DNA of 64,000 bases from Bacillales bacterium UBA4694. Lineage in GTDB: Bacteria; Bacillota_I; Bacilli_A; RFN20; CAG-288. Positions within the stretch are counted from its first letter, which is position 1. Each line of letters begins with the position of its first letter. The stretch covers positions 32,921 through 96,920 of the forward strand of contig DHKM01000035.1 of assembly GCA_002404835.1 (NCBI GenBank). The letters are read 5' to 3'. Positions 18,089 through 24,800 of this stretch are shown one piece after another. The position numbers and the translations under genes were made by a program. Under the pieces are notes generated by a model that was not told where the DNA came from, did no database searches, and saw only the letters and a list, made by a program, of their open reading frames with translations.

Positions 18089-19294
18089 CTATGCCTCCGG
18101 TGTATAGGTCAAGGTGACGTCGATGGTCGAGGTTCCGAAGAAGCTCTTTACCGTAATCTGGAAGGCATAGACGAATTTTCCTTCTTCGTTCTTTATGACT
18201 TCGGTTGGTTCTTCGCCTTCGAAGGTGAGAACGAACTTGTCGCCTTCCTTGGTGTAGGTTCCCTTTTTGCTCAAGGTGTTTCCGGTATAGAGATACATGC
18301 CGTTTTCGTGATCCGTGAGATTGAGGCTGACTTGTTTTTCTCCACCGTCAGGTCCGCTGGTCGTATAGCTTCCCTTGAACTGGTATAGGGTCTTTCCGTC
18401 GAAGTTTTCGTTTGTCATCTGGTCGTTTGTGACGGAAGAGGAGGTGGAGCAGAAGAAGGTGATGGAGCTATAGGAAAGCCTGTAGCCGGGCTTTGAACTG
18501 TCAATGGAATTCTCGGCGACGGTTTCTTTTCCGTTGTCGATCAAAACGAAATTGCTTCCGTCCTTCTTCCATTTGAGATCCAAGGTGACTTTCCGGTCGG
18601 AATCCTTTGCGGTATTGAAGACGACGCTTCCGTTTTTATGGGCATAGAGATAGGCCGTAGCAACGGAATTGTTGTTTCCGGTTGTCGCTCCTTCGAAGAT
18701 ATAGTCGGAATCTCTTTCGTCCCAGGTCTTGTAATCGCTGGGAAGGGTCTTTCCGAAGGCGGAATCCTTAGATTGGAAGAGGGCCACTGCACTTCCTTCA
18801 TCCGTCGTCACGTTGTAATAGAACTGATGTCTTCCCTGGATCTTGATATAATCCGTATGAAGGACGCTGTTCTGGCTGTCTTTGAGGGTGAGGACATAGC
18901 CTTGCTTGTCCTCTAGAATCCATGATCCGCTGACTGTGAAGTCGTATTTGGTGAAGTCTGTTTCTTCTTCCTGGCTGGTGGTATTGGCGTTTTGGGTGTT
19001 GGCATTGAATCCGCCAAGACCACCCGGCCCCATGCCTCCGCCTTGGTTTTTGACTTTTCCGGTGCAGGTTCCTTTGAAGAGAAGGCTTTTGTCCTTGGCT
19101 AGGTCGAAGGCGAGCTTGTACTTGTGGCTTCCTACGGTAACTTCCGTATCAAAGTCTGTCTTGGTGCAGGCGACAAACCTGACATCCTCGTCCTTGGCCT
19201 TGTCGGACTCTTTCTTTTTGTCATCGCACCCTACCAAAAGTACGGGCGTAAGAACAAAAAGCGATAAAAACGAACGTCTTAATAAAGGTTTCAT
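18089..19294 (-). CDS. surface lipoprotein (401 aa) built from the same module type as 380-3247
   Basis: SD AAAGGAA. MKPLLRRSFLSLFVLTPVLLVGC is a signal peptide plus lipobox. Modules such as LNLTDHENGMYLYTGNTLSKKGTYTKEGDKFVLTFEG...EEGKFVYAFQI match the hxhxxxDGxYxF...G(T/S)(Y/W)x...xLT pattern of the 955-aa lipoprotein. Confidence 0.85.
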   Translation of the reverse strand: MKPLLRRSFLSLFVLTPVLLVGCDDKKKESDKAKDEDVRFVACTKTDFDTEVTVGSHKYKLAFDLAKDKSLLFKGTCTGKVKNQGGGMGPGGLGGFNANTQNANTTSQEEETDFTKYDFTVSGSWILEDKQGYVLTLKDSQNSVLHTDYIKIQGRHQFYYNVTTDEGSAVALFQSKDSAFGKTLPSDYKTWDERDSDYIFEGATTGNNNSVATAYLYAHKNGSVVFNTAKDSDRKVTLDLKWKKDGSNFVLIDNGKETVAENSIDSSKPGYRLSYSSITFFCSTSSSVTNDQMTNENFDGKTLYQFKGSYTTSGPDGGEKQVSLNLTDHENGMYLYTGNTLSKKGTYTKEGDKFVLTFEGEEPTEVIKNEEGKFVYAFQITVKSFFGTSTIDVTLTYTPEA

Positions 19295-19354
19295 TTGCTT
19301 AATTTCCTTTCTGGACGATATTTTAGGAAATCAAAAAAAGCGATTCATTCCTTT

Positions 19355-19429
19355 TATGCAAGTGGATACATAAACGGAATTAAATCGCTTTCATATGTAT
19401 GTAAACGGCAATTTTTGCTATGTAAGCGG
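19355..19429. promoter_or_regulatory. cluster of four LytTR-box-like direct repeats upstream of the lipoprotein/membrane/GH3 operon
   Basis: Plus strand: tatgcaagtgg (19355-65), tacataaacgg (19367-77), tatgtaaacgg (19398-408), tatgtaagcgg (19419-29). The last two are exactly 21 bp apart. Read in the direction of the minus-strand operon they are CCGYTTACATA. A TAAAAT -10 candidate lies at 19320-19325 (minus). Confidence 0.6.
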
Positions 19430-20161
19430 TTAGAAAGCCAAAATACTATTCTTTTCGCATAGCTCAAGGAAACGCTTCTTTACCATCTGGAGTTTCCTTC
19501 TGGATATCATCAGTTCCTTGTTGTTCTTCAAAGTCAAAGTCATATCGGTATTGATGCTTTTTATATATTGGAAATTGACCAGATAGCCTTTGTGGATGCG
19601 GATGAATCCTTCGTCATAGAGCTCGGCTTCGAGTTCTTCCATCTTTGAGGATATCAGAATCTTCTCTTCCTCCTTTTTGTTCAGGAATACGTTCTGATAG
19701 ACACCGTTTCCTTCGATATAGAGGATGTCGGATATATCGACATTGATTTTGCTTCCTTGGGATGGTAGGAGGATTTTCCTTTTGACCGGGTTATCCTTTT
19801 TTTCCTTGCAGTATCTCTGGATGACTTCCGCAATGTCCTGCAGGAAGTTCGACTTGCGGACAAAGGCATAGGGCTGCACTTTGAATGTGTCGAAGACCCT
19901 CTCTTCTCTGGACGAGATGAAGATGATGTCCGCATTCTTGTTTGTTTCCCGTATTTCCATGGCCAGCTGGATGCCGTCGACTTCCGGCAGGTTGATGTCC
20001 AAAAAGAATAGATCGAATTCCAAAAGGTGGTTCTTCAGCTGGCTGGGTTTGCTGAAGAGATGGATTTCGGCTATTGTCCTACAGGATTCGAATTCCTTTT
20101 CGATGGCCCCTTTCATGACATTGATGACGCTTTGGTTGTCATCAAGAAGAGCGATGTTCAT
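19430..20161 (-). CDS. LytTR-family response regulator (AgrA/ComE class)
   Basis: SD AAGGAGGA inside the kinase 3' end. The receiver domain has the phospho-acceptor context FDLFFLDINLPEVDG. The C-terminal LytTR domain has ILYIEGNGVYQNVFL...GFIRIHKGYLVNFQYI. Confidence 0.9.
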   Translation of the reverse strand: MNIALLDDNQSVINVMKGAIEKEFESCRTIAEIHLFSKPSQLKNHLLEFDLFFLDINLPEVDGIQLAMEIRETNKNADIIFISSREERVFDTFKVQPYAFVRKSNFLQDIAEVIQRYCKEKKDNPVKRKILLPSQGSKINVDISDILYIEGNGVYQNVFLNKKEEEKILISSKMEELEAELYDEGFIRIHKGYLVNFQYIKSINTDMTLTLKNNKELMISRRKLQMVKKRFLELCEKNSILAF

Positions 20162-21506
20162 TCTCGTTTTCCTCCTTCATTTCCTCTTCCGGATAGCTAA
20201 GCATGATTTTGATGCTGTAGATCGACTCGTTTATGGAGACGTTTTTGGTTCCGTTGTACTTCTTGATGATGGAGGAGATGATTTTCCTTCCAAAGCCGTG
20301 GAGGTTCTTGTCCTCCTTGGTCGTCTTTATTGTTTCCAGTTCCGTCAGTGTGATTCCGTCTTTTACGGGATTCCGGATGTCGATATAGAAAAACTTCTGG
20401 TATTCCCTTAGCCGTATTGTCACGGTCGGGTTCTTCGAACTCTCTTTTGCTCCCCGTATGGCATTGTCAAGGAGATTGCAGAGAAGCGAAGTCAGATCTG
20501 TGGCCAGGATAGGAAGAGAGGCAGGCAGGGCGGTTTTGCAGTCGAAATCGACTTTTAAGGCCCGTGCTTTTGCATATTCCATGTTCAAGATGGAGGAAAT
20601 AATCGGGTTTTTTGTATGGATGAAGGACAGGGGTTCGAGAATTCCGTCTCCGTATTCCTGGAAGAATCTTTCCAGGTCGTCATACCGCTTTTCCTCAAGA
20701 AGGATTTTCATATAGGCGTACTGGTTCTTGCTGTCATGCTTGAGCTCTCTCAGTTTCTCGAGGTTCTGGTCCGAAACCATCAGAAGCTCCTGGTTCTTCT
20801 CCAATTCGTAGTTCTTGGCCTGCAACTTTATTCTTTCCTGGTTTGCAAAGCAGATTTTGTACATCATGATATAGGAGACGATGTTGGTGAGGATGAGGAA
20901 GAAAAAGATGATGAACTGATAGAGACTTAAAGTGATGGTGTTGATATGGATATAGTAGGTGGAGTAGAAGGTGATGCCGACTTCTCCGATGCAGAGAAGC
21001 GAAGAAAAGGCGATTGTGGGGAGCGGAATGTTCTTGATTTTCTTGAAGGGGAATTTGTTCAGAAGAAGGGAATAGGGGATTTCCATTCCCGTAATCAGGT
21101 TTCGGATGATGGTATCGACTTCTTTTCCGAAGGTCATGTCCCTTACTAGAAGAGGAAGGCTTCCGCCGAGTTCTCCGAGAAGGAAGGCCATTCCATAGGT
21201 GCAGTAGAAAGAGATGAACAGGGCCTTGAGGTTTGCTTTTGTCATCAGATAATTATAAAGCAGATAAAAGAGTCCGAGAATCAGATACTTCAGATAGAAA
21301 TGGATGGTCAGTCTTATCGGGATCAGAGGCAGAAGGAAAGTCAGAAGGAAAGAAAGCAGGAAGAGGACGCAAAATTCGGCTAGACAGATTGCTTTCTTTT
21401 TCTTGAAAGGCACGGAAGAGATGACTAATGCTAATACGTAGCTGAGGTTTCCGATGATGATGCTCGGTTCAAATAGGAAATCATTTATGATTTTATCAAT
21501 GGTCAT
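20142..21506 (-). CDS. AgrC/ComD-type (HPK10) membrane sensor histidine kinase
   Basis: About 6-7 N-terminal TM helices. H-box LRELKHDSKNQYAYM, N-box LLCNLLDNAIRG, G-box NLHGFGRKII. The 3' end overlaps the regulator gene by 20 nt. No SD before ATG 21506 (possible leaderless mRNA). Confidence 0.85.
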   Translation of the reverse strand: MTIDKIINDFLFEPSIIIGNLSYVLALVISSVPFKKKKAICLAEFCVLFLLSFLLTFLLPLIPIRLTIHFYLKYLILGLFYLLYNYLMTKANLKALFISFYCTYGMAFLLGELGGSLPLLVRDMTFGKEVDTIIRNLITGMEIPYSLLLNKFPFKKIKNIPLPTIAFSSLLCIGEVGITFYSTYYIHINTITLSLYQFIIFFFLILTNIVSYIMMYKICFANQERIKLQAKNYELEKNQELLMVSDQNLEKLRELKHDSKNQYAYMKILLEEKRYDDLERFFQEYGDGILEPLSFIHTKNPIISSILNMEYAKARALKVDFDCKTALPASLPILATDLTSLLCNLLDNAIRGAKESSKNPTVTIRLREYQKFFYIDIRNPVKDGITLTELETIKTTKEDKNLHGFGRKIISSIIKKYNGTKNVSINESIYSIKIMLSYPEEEMKEENENEHRSS

Positions 21507-21552
21507 AGATAGGAATATTTTACATGTTTTGGCTTTGTAAGGCGTTTCAAAC

Positions 21553-21584
21553 TATGCAAATGGTCGTATTTTCCATGTAAGTGG
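21553..21584. promoter_or_regulatory. pair of LytTR-box-like direct repeats upstream of the kinase-regulator operon
   Basis: tatgcaaatgg (21553-63) and catgtaagtgg (21574-84) are 21 bp apart, on the same strand and with the same consensus as the 19355-19429 cluster. The proximal repeat lies 8 bp upstream of the expected -35. TAAAAT -10 at 21517-21522 (minus). Confidence 0.6.
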
Positions 21585-21806
21585 ATTTCCGTTGTTTTTC
21601 ATGGTGCTCTCTTTTGAGGATGGTTTGTCGGATTTCAGGAAAAAGATGTGAAAAAGAGTCAAAATATGCGTTTATCATCTTTATCTGAAATCCATCCGTC
21701 TTTTTCCTTCCTGGCGCTTGTCTTTTTGTTCCGGTTTTCTTTTCCCGGTGTTAAAATTAACCTGTTACGATTTGTGTTCGAAACGTGTTTATACGGAGGG
21801 CAAAGC

Positions 21807-24800
21807 ATGGTCGACAAACAATACATCAGGATCAATGTCTCGGTAGGAAAAAGCTTTTCCTACCTGGAATATCATACCGATTCCATCATCAAGGCAAGCA
21901 GTACGGACATTTATTACACGGAGTATTCTCTCATCAGGAAAATCGAAATCGACAATCAGTTCGACGAGGATTACGAGAACCTTCTTGTCCACATGGAATT
22001 TTCGAACGAGATTTTCTCTTCTGCGGATTTCTGCACTGGGAAGATACCGGCCAGGAAGAAGACCATCGTCAAAGTGGATCCCAAGATCAGAGTGGATGAG
22101 AAGAGCCTTTACCGCCAGAACGGTGTCTCCACATCGACCATCTTCATCTCTTTGAGGAACCCGAAAGACAATGCGGAGCTTTCTTCTCTTACCAAGACCA
22201 TCAAGGTCCTTCCCCTTACTCAGGCTAGTGACGAGGTTTCCAAGACTCCTCTTCTTTTTGCCAAGTACTGTATCACCTCTTTTCCTCAACTTGTCAGGCT
22301 TCAGCTTGCTGCCAACAAGGAAAAGTCCCTTCTTTCCGGTGTGGAGCATTCCGACATCGTCGGATACCAGAACTCGTCGGTCAACGATATCGTAAACGAG
22401 GTTTCCTGTATTTATCGTGCGGTTCATAATTCCTGCGATATCACTTATTCCAATCCTCCGAATTCTTCTGAAGCCGTCCAGAATGTAAGATTACCGGGTA
22501 CTGTCTTGAAGACGACTCTGGGTACCTGCCTTGATCTGGCCATCCTTTTCTCTTCCTGTCTTCTTCAGGTCGGGCTGCATCCGATTCTTGTCCTGACAGA
22601 CGGTCATGCTTTCTGCGGGTGCTTTCTTCATGAATACGATTCCTTCTCCGGACTTCTCGAAACCAAACCCAATGTCGTCTATTCCGAGGCTGTCGGCGAG
22701 CAAAAAAGCCTCATCCTTTTCGAATGCACGACGGCAACCAATTCTTTTTCTGTTCCTTTCAGCGAGGCGATGAAGATAGGGCAGGAGAACCTTAGAGCCT
22801 ATCGTGGATCTTTTGCCGCCATCGACGTTTATCGTTCCCAGCAGTCCGTATTCAAGCCGATTCCGATTCCCGATGATCAGGGAATCGTCGATTTCAAGGT
22901 TCCTTTCGTCAAATTGAATCCGGAGGAGCTGGAAGACATCAACGAATATCAGGGAACTCCGATACCGGAAAGCGACACCAATGACCGTTTTGCGACTTGG
23001 GAAAAGAAGCTTCTGGATCTTTCCAATTCCAACAAACTGGTCAATTTCCGCTTTTCCAGGGACAAATCCAATTATTCTCTTGTTATTCCGCCCAACGGAA
23101 AAGGGAAGGAAGTCTATGAATTTTTGAAGGAAAAGGATGGCAGTTTTTCCTTGCTTCCTTTTTTGTCTTCGACCATGGACAAGATGGCTTTCGATGCGGC
23201 TGAAAGCAAGAGGAAGGAAAATACGCTTCTTTCCACCGCCGATTGCAAAGTGATGAAGAATCTGATCCGCAAGGACAATGAATCCAGGGAAGAGACCGGT
23301 TCACCGACTCTCTATCTTTCTATCGGTCTTCTGAAAGGAAGTGATACAAGCGGAAAATATACCAGGGAAATCATGGCACCTTTCCTTCTTCTCCCTGTCA
23401 AAATCACGAAGGATAGATACGGAGAAAAGTTCAAGGTCACCTATGATATCGAGGAGATGATGGTCAACAAGACTTTCTTCGAATATTACAAGATGAAAAA
23501 GGGAACCGACTACGACAATCTTTATTCGGTTTCCTCCCACAATGATTTCGATGACATTCTTGCGACTTTGAGAAGCAACCACAGCGGCGACATACAGGTC
23601 GACGAGAACGTCTGCTTCTTTGCCAATTTCCTTTTCACCCACATGGTCATGTGGCAGGACATCGTTGACCGTCAGGACGTTTTGAAGAAAAATGTCATCA
23701 TCCACTCCCTTCTGGAAAACAGATCCTTTGTCAATGACGAGCCTCTGACGGTGGATAATGCCGACGAACTTGACCATATGATCGATTTTGCGGCACCGCT
23801 TCCCTATGATTCCACCCAGCTTCGCGCCATACGGGAGTGCGCCAAAGGAAATTCCTTCATCCTCGACGGGCCTCCAGGGACAGGAAAGAGCCAGACGATC
23901 GTCAATATGATCGTCAATGCCTTCTATCATGGTAAAACAGTGCTCTTCGTCGCCGAAAAACAGGCGGCGCTTGAGGTCGTCAGGCAGCGTCTAGCCACTT
24001 TAGGCCTGGACCAGTTTGCTTTGCAGCTATATTCCTCCAAGACGAACAAGCAGGCTTTCTTCTCCCAACTCCAGAAGGCGATGGATTATGGAAAAAAGAG
24101 CAGCGAAGAAGATTTCGGTAAGACTTGCGAGGATATCGAAGAGGATAAGAGATACATCAATGATGAACTCAGGAGGCTTCATTCCCACAAGAAGCATTTC
24201 TACTCTCTTTATGAAGCCATAACCAAGGAACTTGCCACAAACGACATCAAGAATACGATGGTCTTCTCACCGGAATTCCTTTCTTCCTACAATTCGGAGA
24301 TAAACCAACGCGTCCGCAATGATCTTCATCATATTGTCAAGACGATGAAGGAATTCGACAAGAGCGAGGAGGAGGTCTATCTTTCTAGCATCCAGTTCAG
24401 ACATTACACCTATCAGGATCAGACAAAGACAAGCGCTATTTTTTCTAGGCTTCTTTCTTCTTTGAACAGGCTGAAGGAAAAATATGGGTATTTCATCTCC
24501 CAGCTGAACGTGGAATTCACTCCGACTTTCAATAATATCCAGTATGTGGCTGAGCTTCTCTCTATTTTGAGGGAAAACGAAGTGCGCATTGACTGCTTTG
24601 CAAAGGCGGATGCTTCTTCCTATCTTAAGGATGTAAAGGAATCCATGCTTCAGATCGAATCCTTTGCCAGGCTTGAAAACAGCCTTCTTGGTCAATACGA
24701 TGTCACAAAGATTCCTCTCGTGGATGGAAAAAAGGCCAGAACAGCATATAGCAAGGGAACCAATATCTTCAACAGAAAGAAAGCCAGGAAGAATGCTTTG

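Noticed and set aside
21547-21678. A 43-codon minus-strand ORF (MINAYFDSFSHLFPEIRQTILKREHHEKQRKSTYMENTTICIV) just upstream of the AgrC-like kinase, considered as a possible autoinducing-peptide precursor.
   Set aside because: It has no SD and no double-glycine or AgrD-like organisation (no C-terminal acidic tail after the Cys), and no AgrB to process it. Its 3' third coincides with the LytTR-box repeats and promoter of the kinase operon. It is kept only as something Ribo-seq could revisit.
21648-21806. The N-terminal extension of the helicase ORF from GTG 21648 (MKKSQNMRLSSLSEIHPSFSFLALVFLFRF...).
   Set aside because: There is no SD at 21648, and the extension is hydrophobic and low-complexity, unlike the rest of the protein. 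ATG 21807 has a GGAGGG SD at ideal spacing. It is treated as 5' UTR that happens to be open.
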